A stretch of 45,054 nucleotides of DNA, counting the filler, from Streblomastix strix (Eukaryota): assembly GCA_008636045.1 (NCBI GenBank). It is 2 parts of 2 records of this genome, joined end to end, with 100 filler letters (N's around TTAATTAATTAA, not from the genome) between each part and the next. Parts side by side here need not be neighbours in the genome. Positions count along the whole stretch, not along the records: positions 22,609 to 45,054 come from SNRW01000320.1; 1 more part is not named here. One strand, given 5' to 3'. The notes below the pieces were generated by a model. It was not told the origin of the DNA, did no database searches, and was given only the letters and a program-made list of their open reading frames with translations. Positions 26,170-38,476 of this stretch are shown here, piece by piece. The translations under genes and the position numbers were made by a program. Numbering within the stretch: position 1 is the first letter of the stretch; every line of letters begins with the position of its first letter.

Positions 26170-27306
26170 CTCATCACCATTAGCTTGATTCACTAGTTCG
26201 TAATCAGTACAATAAACGCAAACTTTAACAATTATTGCGTCGTTATAGACGAGGGTATCGTTTTCCGCTGCAATATATGATATATTTTCGTCCATAGACA
26301 GTACACATTTTATTTAACTCTACAATCTGAACCAAATTGTAAACAAATTTTTTATCCTAACTTCGGTTTAGCAACATCAGGAAATGATTTTAAAACATAT
26401 TCTTTAATAGGGGATTTTTCCGCCGCAAAAAAATTGGCTTTGCGCGGCAAAAAATGAGATTTGTGCGCGCTTCATATTTAACCTTATATTATTATTGTAT
26501 AATATTTATATAATAAAAAAAATGATAATTGTATTCTTGCGCGCAATCAAAGGAAGAAATTGAAGTATTATTAATTTTTTATTTATTTTTCTTTATGTGG
26601 TCATTTTTTTGTTTCAAACGTTTTTAGAATTAAGTAATAAATGATTATATATATTATACATAAACTAATTTCTTCATTTGAACCTTCAAATAAAAGAAAG
26701 AAAAATTTTTTGAAATTTTTACACAAGATTATTTGTAATATTTATCTATAAAATATAACATATAAATATTATTTAAATATTTGTAGGAATCTTTTTAAAG
26801 TCAAAAATCTTCAAAATAAAAAATTATAATTTTTCAATTTTTTTTATTATATTTTTTTAAATTTTTCTTATAAAAGTTCCGCGCAAGTCAAGCGCGGTTT
26901 GTGCGGAAAAAGGTGTGTAGCGCCGGCGGAAACATGCTCTATTCTTTTTATCAATTTTTCATTAAAATTTCGAGATTTATATATATCTTATTACCTATAA
27001 CAACTAATTGATTTACTGATGCCATACTGTTAAATTACATGAAGAAATGATTACAAATTTCCAACTAATTTACGTAATCTATTTTTATTGGTGCATTTGG
27101 TACTGGTGAGGCAACGAAATCCCCGGATCCTGAAATATTTCATCATTTCTTTTCACTTTTGCTTATAATGTTTGATCCCCTATTGGTATTCGAATGGCTG
27201 GTGGATCAGGCTATAGAAATCATTCTTAAATGTATGCATATAATTTTTGAAAATCATATAAGACTACTTCGTCAAATTATGCTTCATCTAAGTGTACTGA
27301 ACTCAT
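26170..27306 (-). pseudogene. Virus-like gene of unknown function, paralog A, split by a hAT-like MITE
   Basis: MSSVHLDEAQF...PPAIRIPIGDQTL..VKRND...PIKIDYVNQLE...NQLVVIGNKIYI...QKE|YVLKSFPDVAKPK. The frame is restored by deleting 26400-26941. Internal TGAs and a frameshift are present; 3' end approximate. Confidence 0.65.
26408..26941. mobile_element. 534-bp degenerate hAT-like MITE with ~18-bp imperfect TIRs and 8-bp TSD
   Basis: Left end TAGGGGATTTTTCCGCCG, right end (reverse complement) TAGAGCATGTTTCCGCCG; TSD TTCTTTAA (26400-26407) versus TTCTTTTT (26942-26949); GCGC-rich subtermini and AT-rich core; excision rejoins the interrupted ORF in frame. Confidence 0.75.
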
Positions 27307-27314
27307 TTAATAGT

Positions 27315-29790
27315 TCAAAAATAATACTAATATACTTGACTGGTAGATAGTGCTAAAACTAATAGTTCCATTATTGTTTTCTACTTGCTGCAAGACATGT
27401 AACGTTTATGTATGTTGATGAAGCACCGGCTAAACCCGCTTTTCCAATTAGTATATAAATATTTATTGTAACTTTTTCAACAGTTACTAATCTGAAATTT
27501 GCAATATGTGGCGATAAACTGTAAAAAATATATCAGATACATAAAATTAATATTTTGGAAATCCAACATTTGCAAGTGTGCAAGCAGCAACAGATACACA
27601 AGATGCTCCTGCTTTACTATCCAAACATATATATGCGTAAAAGTTGATTAGCTATCCATATCTATAGCATTTTAGTGACATTATTAAAATTGTTGCAACT
27701 ATATTAATCAAATAAGTAATATTATCTAATTCTAATCCTCTTAAAGAAAATAATAACTTATCACCACTGTCAGCCAATAGAAAAGATGTATTATGTTTAC
27801 CAGTTTTCGTGAATTCAAAATTAGCAATGCCTGCATTGAACGTCTTTTCACCATCGACATATTGAATTATATTAGTAGTAGTTATATAATCATCTAATAA
27901 AGCAGTATCAGCTTTGAAACTTAACATATTTTCTGATTTCTTTTTAGAACAAGAATCATCAATATTTACTTTATCATTCAACAGGTTGTTCGTTTCGGTT
28001 TATGAATGTGTTTTTGTTCTTATATAAAAATTTGACAAATTAATATAATCATTTGCAAGCAAATTCAGTTTAGAATCACCTCCTCCAGATAACATAACGG
28101 TGGTATCATCAAAACCTGATCTAACAAAATGCGAAGCGATAACTTTTGAAGTTTCAACTATATGACTAAATCGACAATTATTACTAAATTGTTTATTTAC
28201 TGCAAAAGTTTATGTAGTTGTCATGTTGACATAATTTGTAAATGCGGTAGTATCAGCTTTGTCACCTAATAAGCTATAGGTTTCACTTTGAAAATACGTT
28301 TATATTTTTATGTAATAATTTGATAAATCCACTTCTCCACCACTCACTTAATATTTCAACTAATCTGTTTCAAACTCCATATATGTTATCGATTGTTTTG
28401 CTTTATCATTTTGCAAGTTAGTTGTCTCAGTCTAATATATATGAATCAATCAGTTTTATCTTATCAGCCTTCAGTAATAAGAGCGCATCATCTTACGATT
28501 TAATATATGAGTCAATTATTTATGTTTTATCAGCTTTCAACAATAAGAATGTGTCATCCTATGTCTTAGTGTCTGTAGTTGATTGATCTGCTTTAGAGCA
28601 TAATAAGTTATTTATTTCAGTTTTGTTTATGAATCAATCAGTTATGACTAATCAGCTTTCAATAATAGTAACGCATCATCTTATGCTTTTATATATGAAG
28701 CATTTTATATATCAGCTATTGATCTAACACCGTACCCAGCTAAAATTACATTAGATTTATCAAAATCTTGATATGATATACCTACTGAATGGATAGTAGT
28801 TGTGGATGATTTTTAGCCACATATTGTTTGATAGTATATTATATCAACGAAATTTATATTTTTTACGGGAGTAAATATATTTCCAGTTATAGCTAGATCT
28901 GTTATTGCGTTATCGCTTCCAGTTGAAGTTCCAAGAGTGGTTGCAAAATTAGTGAGATAAGGTAATTATGTTTCTAATTCTCTGAACTAAGTCCCATCCC
29001 ACCAATAGTCAGTAACTTATTAATCAACAAAATATAAATTATCTCCAATCACTAGTTTTGCTACATTATCTTGAACCGCCATCCAGTCATTCAACTCTCC
29101 TCATGTTGAGAATTCTTATGCCATTGTCTTTACAGTAGCAATATCTGTTGCTTCTTATAATTATGGTTAGTTTACTAGACAACGTACCAACATATCTTCA
29201 TCACCAGCGAGAAGAATTGATGCATAATTTTTGGTAAGTTATGATATAGTTATTGCAGAAATTGTACCGAATTATTTCGTTCCAAGAATAGTTTGTGCTG
29301 ATTATAAATCAACGTATTATGTTAGTTCGGATCAATCATTTTTATCAGCAGTTTATGTTGCTACATCCTTTTTTCCTTATTCAACCATATTAAATGTTTC
29401 TTCTTTATTGTTTACATCAGCAACGTTTGGTTTTAATAATAAGAGTGTGTCATCATCTGTCTTTGTATATGATTCAATTTGTTATGTCTAATCAACTTTG
29501 AGTGCTAACAAACCGCCATCTACCATCTTTGAATATGAGTCGATTAGCTACGTCTTTTCTTCTTTCAATATTAATCATTTATTATCTTCAATCTTACAAT
29601 AGCTATCAAAAATTTCATTTGCTTCAGGTCTAGTATATACATCAGGAGCAGTAGCATTATTTATCATATAGATTTGATTATTAATGTTTTCGACCTATTC
29701 AACCAAGTCAATTGTACTGTATCTAGAGTTTCCAAATAAAATCTCATTATGTTTTATAAAATCATCTAACGCATAAGATTCTGCATCCAT
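27315..29790 (-). pseudogene. Phage tail-fibre-like repeat protein (~800 aa), degraded
   Basis: ATG at 29790; repeated DDALLLLKADKTQLIDSY-x-K units; several QTIxGxKxF...(V/I)(L/I)LAGxG units; a LNDWM...GDNLY..DYWWDG insert; C-terminal YRYGQLINF...CTLANVGFP head-like segment; internal TGAs and frameshifts near 28440 and 27515; 3' end approximate. Confidence 0.65.
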
Positions 29791-29899
29791 TTAATTACCA
29801 AAAATTATATGAATCGATTAATGAATTTGTGAAAGTAATACCATTAATCCTTTACTTGCTACTGACATTAACTTAGAAGATATTTTTCTTAGATCGGGG

Positions 29900-31705
29900 A
29901 TAGTAGTTATTTATTTTATTTTTTATAAACAAATTTTTATATGAATCTCTAAGAAGATTGACTTTATCGATATCTAGAGTAAGTATATTAACGTTATTAA
30001 TTGATATATCATTTAATTTTCTAGTTCGATCGTGCATAAATTTTTCACAACATCCTTCACCTTCTGTATTAAGTACAACTTAGTTTTCCACTATATCAAA
30101 TATATACAATAACTCTTATCAATTAAAGTTCAAATAATTAGAAATGATCTGATTCTTTGACCATATGTTCATCTATACTAATTGTATCAAATAACCATCG
30201 ACATACTTATGGATCAAGTATTATTATTTCTTCAAATATCGATGATCATCTTCTTGAGCGCTACGTTTAAACCGATACTTGATCCGGTTCTTTTTCGTAT
30301 GGAGATGATACTTCAACTATTGCTGGAATTATCTGTACGGATTATTTAGGTGACATTATTTCATTTAGCGATATTCATTCAGATGGCGAAGCTGATCTAT
30401 TATGTGACATTTGTTATAACCAAAAATACCAGGTCAGTTGTTCATGAATAAAATGCTAAATTTATTAGAATCTTTTCTTCTTCCTTATTCAGCGTATTAT
30501 ATACAGATGCAATAATAAGAAGTAAGCCAATATTTGCAATAGCAATGAATGTTAATAATATACCAAAAATTATCTTGAATAGCTTTTTCGTTTGAAATAA
30601 AAAAGATTACTAGATAAACAATAAAAATTAATGAATTTACGATTAGTTTCAATGATAATGGATATGAATAAATAAAAGATATTTTCCTTTAAGATGATTA
30701 TGAGCAAATTTTTAAGAATATTTTGGATTTTAATTTTATTGAACTTGATACATTACCAAAAAATATCATTAATGATGCTATTGAATATTTTAAAATAATG
30801 ATGTGCCATTAATCGATGAATTATACGAAGCATTATTCAAACGAGAAGCGTTTAGACATTGTAGCTTATAAGCTCAGTTTCATAAGTTGGTTAAGAAAAT
30901 TTGCTTTGCGCAATGAGTCATACAACTGCTTGGATATATAGTAGTTATTGAATATGGCAATATATATATATGTTTTATTGTTTCCTTTAGTGAAAACTCA
31001 TACGTTTATCTAATAATCTAATTGAGAAACATCAAATTTAATGAGTTACTATCAAAATTGAATGCAGATTTAATAAAATTATGAGGTAGATTAAGAGATG
31101 AAGACCAAGACATTAATGAAGATGTTAATGATTAAATCAACGTTAGAATAATTAATCGACTTTATTTTTCTCACTTCTGGCAGAATGGCAAGCTAGCAGC
31201 AGTTTTTGATGAAAGTTTCTGACTAGATGCCTTCGATGCACTCGGTGCAGTCAAAAGTCATTCTCTATCCAAACCATTTTCTCATGTCATTTTCGAATAT
31301 TTCATTGATGTTTTATGACTCGATGCACTTGATGCACTATAAGCAAATATATTTTATGTTCAAAATACATGTCGGTAAGACCTCCGCCTGCGGATGATTT
31401 CATCAACGATTTCATCAATAATTTTTAGGTTTCCATCTATATAAACTCATAAATGTTCAACCAATAACGATTACTTTTAACCAAATCCATCAACTTTCCT
31501 ATCTAGTTCTAAGAGTTTGGAGAGTGCCATACGTATAAAGAATTCAGAACAATAATGAACATCATTTACGTACATCATTAATCCGATACATTAATCATCA
31601 TCAGTCATATCATTCATTGACCATATACATATGAATATTCTGTCTTACATTAAAGAATATCAGATTTATAATTCCAATATATAATCATCATTATTTATTC
31701 GACAT
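29900..31705. other. Several heavily degraded intronless ORF remnants, probable continuation of the virus-like block
   Basis: Protein-like but TGA- and frameshift-interrupted code-6 frames: minus ~29920-30410, minus ~30410-30570 (hydrophobic), plus ~30600-31220, minus ~31170-31705; no recognisable motif. Confidence 0.35.
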
Positions 31706-33495
31706 AATTTATTTGTTTTATTTATTTAATTTCGTTGATATGGGACATTCCCCATATTCTCATAATTATTAGTGGATTTGCTAGAGGTAAAAAATTAGAA
31801 ATTTATTATAAGTTAATTATCAGGATCTATTTATATAAATAATTGTAACTGCGCTATATATGGAGGAGGATAATATATTTTAATTGAAAGTGGAACAATC
31901 AATATATCTCCAACAAGTTCTTAAAACATTATCAGTCATTAAATAACTTTCTATAGTTATTATCTAATAATAATTGAATAATTTGTTTTTTAGATGAAAA
32001 TATTATTAGTAAGTATTAAATAAATTAATATTTAATCTAATTATTGAGAAATTCTAATTAAATTTAAATTGTTGTAAATTAACGAAAATTGAATATATAT
32101 TTAATTAGAATGTTATTAATTAGCGTTTGTTATAAAAATTTATTAAAATCAGTATACAAAATAATAAATAATTAAAAATTTTTTTAAGAGTTTTAATTAA
32201 AATTAAAAATTTGAATAAAAATTGATTTTTCTGGAAATTATAACGAAAATAAAAGTCAATTTTTTTGCTATCAAATTAAAAATTTCATGCAAAAAAATAT
32301 TCATTTGCCAACCAGAAATGTCAGCCGCTGGCAAGTCACAACATATCAAAATGCCACTATACTTCTTTAGTATAATAATATGTGTTCTACTCATTTTCAT
32401 AAAATAAATTTTATAAACAGATTTTTAACTGCCTCTTTGAAAATATTCACATTTGTTCATGAATCTTGAAAAATTAGAATGTATAATTATGGGGCTTTGT
32501 TAAATTTATTTTATGTGTTGTGAGTATTATAGCGTCGATGCCTGTTTCATACTACCCTTTATAGAATTTTTGTAAGCCGCTATTGGAAGTGACCTTTATT
32601 ATGTGTTAGACAAGGGGGTTACCCGTGCTCCACTGCGGATTTTCTGCATTAAATAAATATATTTAATATATTTTTATTAAAAATTTTAAAGTCAAATTTT
32701 CAACTACCAGTCAAAAAAATACATTTTTTCTCGACAGCAGGGAAATAATCCAATTTTTTCAAATATATTTAACATAGAATGAATTTATTCTACTTATGTA
32801 TATATGTGGAGTCTGAGAAAGATCGCTCGTTTTTCGTTTTTTTTGCTATTGTACCTTCATTTTTTTATATAAGTGGTATAGATAAGATAAGGAAAAAATA
32901 TTAATAGAACAGTTTATTAAATATGTCATAAATTTTAGTTAAATTGATGTTAATCTGATATATTTATAACAATATTTAATAAAATAATTCAAAAATGAAA
33001 TAATATAAAAAATTTATATTTATATTAAATTTTTTATTTAAATAAAATTGATTTAATTATTTTTTTAGAAATATTGGAGAAAAAATTGTTATTTTATATC
33101 AATCTTGAAAGCTAAAGAAAATAATACAAATTATTAAAACTTCAAAGCAAAAAAAAATTTCTTCACATTGAATTATTGATTTTAATATTTAAATTATTTT
33201 AAAAAATTTTAATTAATTAAAATTATTATATATATAAAGTTTTTTAGTCAAAATTTTTACATAAAATACTATAATTGCAATCACAATAAATTGAAATCAT
33301 GAAATATAGTATTTTAGTTCAACATTAAAAGAAAATATTGAAACATCTCTATTTTAGCATAATGGCATAATTCAAGGTTCAAAACAGGATTTATAAAAAT
33401 TAAAAAGAAGTTTTTGATTTTAAATTTTATTTGAAATATAATCAATAATAATAAATTTTAAATGTGATCTTGACCACAAGGAAAGTTTTTTAATT

Positions 33496-35799
33496 ATGTC
33501 CTCGACAGAGAGCTGGGTTTGGGGGCTTATATTCCTTGTCTTCGTGATCTGCGGATCGTGTTGTGTATATATCTACTGGCTATATAAGTGGGTCATGAAC
33601 CACCCAGAAGGACCGAAAGAAATGGGTGCAGTTAGCGATCCCATCCGTGAGGGTGCATTTGGGTTCTTGAAGACATAGTATACAACAATTGCAATATTTG
33701 CTGGGTTTGTGGCGATTATTATATTCGGAATCTACATCTTCGTGCCTGGCTCTACCGCTGGAATTATAACTTATGACGGAGAGATTTTCCCACGATGGCT
33801 GATGGCATCTGTAAGCATGGTTGCATTTCTTCTTGGAGCTTGTTGTTCGGGATTGTCTGGATGGTTCGGTATGTGGGTTTCAGTTAGAACGAACGTGCGT
33901 TGTGCCGCTGCTGCAATCATCTCATCAAACGAAGCTATCAAAGTGGCATTACGTGGAGGAGCCTTCTCTGGAATGCTAATTGTAACACTGTCATTGTTTG
34001 GTGTTACATCTATGTTTGCATTAGTTCATGGAATTTTCCCGAATGTTGATATATGCTCTCTTTCTAATGTGATTGTTGGATATGGTTTTGGTGCCTCATT
34101 TGTAGCTCTATTTGCACAACTTGGTGGTGGTATCTACACAAAAGCAGCTGATGTAGGATGTGATCTTGTAGGGAAAGTGAACAATAACATTCCTGAAGAT
34201 GATCCAAGGAATCCTGCTGTTGTTGCAGATCTTGTAGGAGATAATGTTGGTGATTGTGCTGGACGTGGTGCTGATTTATTTGAATCAACTGCAGCTGAAA
34301 ATATAGGAGCTATGGTTATTGGAGGATCATTAGGAAAATTACATGGATTTGAAGGTCTTACACTTGCTGGATATATATTATTCCCATTAATTGTTCGAGC
34401 ATTTGGTCTTATTTGTTCAATGGTTGGAATTGTATGTGTATATTCAAAAGAAGCAAAAGGCACAGCTGCTCCAAAGCCCAAAGAAGGAGATAAAGCATTT
34501 GGATCATATACAGATATTGAGTCATTAGAAGAAATTGGAGAAGATCCAATGTATGGATTAATTCGTGGGTTTACTATTACTGCAGGACTTGCAGTTGTAG
34601 CCATCTTCATTGCATCATATTTGTGTCTAAATACTGAAGAATATAGCAGTGCATGGTGGTTATTCTCATTATGCGGAGTAACAGGAGTTGGAATCTCTTT
34701 GCTGTTTGTGTTTATTACATAATTCTATACCGATTATCGTTTCCGACCTGTGAAATCAATTGCAAAAGCTTCAGAAACAGGTCATGCTACTAATATAATT
34801 GCAGGATTAGCAGTTGGTATGGAATCAACATGTCTTCCTGTTCTAGTTATCTCTACTGGAGTTGTAATATGTTATTATTTGGGAAAATATGCTGTTCCTG
34901 GAGGAGGATTCTTTGGAACAGCTTGTGGAACAATGGGAATGTTATCTGTTGTTGCATTTGTACTTGCAATGGATACCTTTGGACCCATTTCTGATAATGC
35001 TGGAGGAATTGTAGAAATGTCTTAATAACCAGAGCATATTAGAGCTAAAACTGATCGTCTTGATGCTGTTGGAAATACAACAAAAGCATTAACAAAAGGA
35101 TATGCTGTAGGATCAGCAGCATTAGCAACGTTCCTGCTATTCTCTGCATTCCTTGATACAGTTAAACTTCTTGTTGGAACATAAGAAACAGAGATTGTAG
35201 TTGATCTTGGAACAGCAGAAGTATTCTGTGGAGGATTGATTGGAGGAATGATTGTATATCTATTCTCAGCTTGGGCTATTAATGCTGTTGGAGTTGCAGC
35301 ATAACGTATAATTGAAGAAGTAAACCAATAATTTGCTGAACGTCCAGGTATTATGAATTATACTGAGAAACCAGATTATCAGAGATGTGTAACTATTGTA
35401 ACAAAAGCTGCTCTTAAAGAGATGGTTAAACCGGCACTTCTTGTAATATGCTCTCCAATAGTACTTGGATTAACATTCCGTATTATTGGATGGAATACTG
35501 ATACAATTCTTGGAGCTCGTGTACTTGGATCAATGTTAATGGTAGCAACTATGACTGGTGTATTAATGGGATTATTCCTTAACAATGCAGGAGGAGCTTG
35601 GGATAATGCTAAGAAATATATTGAGATGGGTAACTATGGAGGAAAAGGATCAGAAGCACATAAAGCAGCTGTAACAGGAGATACTGTAGGAGATCCATCA
35701 AAGGATACTGCTGGACCTTCAATCCACGTTTTGATCAAATTATTATCAACAATCACATTGGTGATGGCTCCAATCTTCGTTAAACCAAAGTCAATTTGA
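33496..35799 (+). CDS. AVP2: Membrane H+-translocating pyrophosphatase, K+-independent (type II, AVP2-like), 767 aa, intronless
   Basis: Four track ORFs lie in one frame, joined by 7 in-frame TAA/TAG; motifs [62 protein letters not shown] (Lys = K+-independent type), [23 protein letters not shown]; ends TGA. Confidence 0.97.
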
Positions 35800-35949
35800 T
35801 ACGCATATACCAGCTCAACAACTTATAATTCAAAATAATAGATTTGTCTTTCAATAAACAGTAATAGTCAAAAATATATAATTTTATTGTGGTTTTTTAT
35901 TATTAATCAAATTGCCATATAACAATTTAACTTCCATATGATGATCCGC

Positions 35950-37188
35950 TCAAAAATCTGTATCTGTATCAGACTCTGAGTCGTCTCCTGGATCAATAGC
36001 TCTGAATATAAAACAAAATAAAAATTAAGAGAAATTATAATAAATGAAGAAATAAATCCCACTTTCTACGTTCTTATAGAACTTTGAGGAGAGAATTTGC
36101 CAGAGGATTCGTACTTGCTGTTGGTTGAGCTCGTTCATTCACTTACACTTTGCGTAGACTACTCGTATTGAAGTTCTGTACCCCACTTAGAAAGTCATTT
36201 GGTTACTTATCTTAATGAGGAAGAGACGAAGTAACACCAGGAGAATCTTATGCAGATGGATCTTATTGTTACATGACATTTGGTCCTTAAGTAACTGTTG
36301 GTAGTGGAGGAGCTTTAGGAACATTTGCAGGCAGAGGTGGAGCAGCTGGAATAGAAGCTGCAGATCCACGTGGAGGTGCAGGTGGAGCTGATTATGGAAC
36401 TGGCTTTGAAGTACCTTTTTTATCGCGTTTCATTTTAAGAAGTAAGTCAGCGAGATCTTGAACTACTGATTCTGGTGGTTACACACCATCTGGATATATA
36501 CTTGACAAATCAACTAAATGTTTGAGAACGACTTAATTGTTCATCAGATCATCCATAGTTATGTGAACTTAATCTAGGACGCCAAGAAGTTGAGGATTAA
36601 TATCGCCATGCAAAGATTTATTTTGTCCAGAAAATCCAATGACCTGCTTTGTATCACGTGGACCACTAATTTCGAGTCGTTTCTTTTTCGATGTTTCTTT
36701 CTATACGCACAATTTGTTATAGTAGCTTTTAGGGTTAAACTTTGGACTGGGAAATCTCTTAGAGAATTCTTCACCCTCTTCCTTATTAGCAAATAAAAGT
36801 CCATATCCATCGCTATCACTGTTGAAATAATAAAAACATCCTTTCACGATCCTCATTTCCATTTTTTCATAAACTGCCATGAACAAGGCATTATAGTAAA
36901 ATGAATAAAAAATAAATAAGAGCTTAACCAACAATTAAATATTAGAGTTATACTATAATGCAGAAACAGGGTTTTGTATGGAGGCAAAACTGATACTATT
37001 CCAAAAAGCATAGGATCGCTTCCGCTCTTTTTCTTCAAAAGAAATATAGCACCGTAAATGTCTGAGAATTGAAAGACCTTTTCCACAAGTTTGTAAAGCC
37101 GCACAACGCCAAAGGGCTCTGATTCATATTCTCTGTCTAGCACAGCGCGTATTGGATCCACCTCGTGCTTTTCGAGAGTTGGTGACAT
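35950..37188 (-). CDS. WAS: WASP-family actin nucleation-promoting factor (WH1, basic/CRIB-like, Pro-rich, WH2-C-A), 365 aa, introns 36874-36953 and 36002-36062
   Basis: WH1: VVRLY...GAIFL...FYYFNSDSDGYGLLFANKEEGEEF; KKKRLEISGPRD..DINPQLLGVLDQVHITMDDL; APPAPP/APPLP; WH2 DFLSGVQNFNTSSLRKV; C LANSLLKVLQERRKAI; acidic DDSESDTDTDF-TGA; both GT-AG introns keep the frame. Confidence 0.85.
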
Positions 37189-37390
37189 TAAAGAAATATT
37201 CTGAATTAAAACAAACAAATTTTAAGAATAATTTCAAATTATATTTATATAATGCAGGGTAAAATGAAACATTTTTCTGTATTTTCAATATATTTGGACG
37301 TAGTTATAAAATATAATGTATGCATACAAAAAATACACTCCAAAAACAAATAATGTTTATTTATTTATTAATATTAACAATTAGATCACC

Positions 37391-37796
37391 TCAAATGAAT
37401 AGTTTTGAAAATGGTCCATTGATTAATCTAACACACTAGTCATAAGCTGCCAAATCTGACATTAATTATATTCATTGATATAATTTTTAAATGGCATAAA
37501 AGCTTAAGTCGCAAACCAAAATTATTCCCGAATTCAACTAAGAGGACTTCTGTTATACTGTCGTTAGAATCAACATTGCCAACAATCTCTACATATTATG
37601 AAGTGGGAAACTGGCTTTCTGGCTCACGATTGATAGACACTCGACCAGAATCGCTTCCAATCAGAACAAGCTAAGATCCATCGCCTCCAATTGGGGCATC
37701 GACTTTTCCTACGAATCTAACAGTTCTTCCAATGTAGTTTTGCATCAATTCTGAATTAATGCGTGGTGTTGCATCTGCTGCGACTGCTTCTTCCAT
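37391..37796 (-). CDS. RPA3: Replication protein A 14-kDa subunit, 114 aa, intron 37456-37516
   Basis: TPRINSELMQNYIGRTVRFVGKV...YVEIVGNV...EFGNNF|DLAAYDQCVRL...-TGA; needs TAR=Gln; absent from the ORF track. Confidence 0.9.
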
Positions 37797-38476
37797 CTAA
37801 AAATAACTGCAAAATAATAAAAAATTTATTCACTATTTTAATTCTGAATATTTGAATTAAAATAAGAATAACAAAATATGTAAATGAAGTAATTATACTT
37901 GGTGTTGACATTTTTCCAGAAGAATATATAGTAAAAAAATTGAATAGCTTGGAAAAAATGAATTATTCAAAGAAAAAATATTTTGCTAAGTTGTAAGTAA
38001 GCGTGGATTTATGTGATATAAAAAAGTTAATTATATAATTAATTTGAACTATTATTCGAAAATTAATAAAAATTCATCAGAAAATAAAATCAGTTGTGCT
38101 GAAAAAATTTTAGGATTCTAGGACTCTGGTTAGAAATTAAAAAAGACCAAAAACTTGATTAATAACCATTGATATATTATTTATATTATATTTTATTATA
38201 ATATATAAATAATATGAATTTGTTCTGCAGTGGATTTTCTGAAATTTCAGTTTTCCACCTATACCTGCGAATATTAGATATTTGTGTGAATAAGTAGCAT
38301 GCTTCATAAAATTATCAATATATCTTCTAAGAATTTTGCATTTAAATAAGCATTGCGTGTGGAATTTGTGTAAAAATAAAATTTCAAATATAACATGGAT
38401 TTTACATCAAAAACAAATCTAAATACATTCCATGTTTTTCTAACTTTTTTATTTTTTCTAAATTGTAGATTTGATA

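Noticed and set aside
24892..31705. TGA recoded as Trp or Sec in the virus-like genes
   Set aside because: Trp is encoded by TGG in the same genes, TGA sites align to Gly or Lys in the paralog, and frameshifts co-occur, which indicates decay
31830..31930. Fragment TALYGGGQYILIESGTINIS resembling GGGIY beta-helix surface-protein repeats
   Set aside because: Too short, with no clear gene boundaries
34064..35585. Minus-strand ORFs overlapping the PPase, and plus-strand ORFs within MCM7 (41053-42373)
   Set aside because: Antisense shadows of conserved genes
33496..35799. PPase (and likewise MCM7) as nonsense-disrupted pseudogenes
   Set aside because: All interruptions are TAA/TAG, several at conserved Gln sites, with no frameshifts
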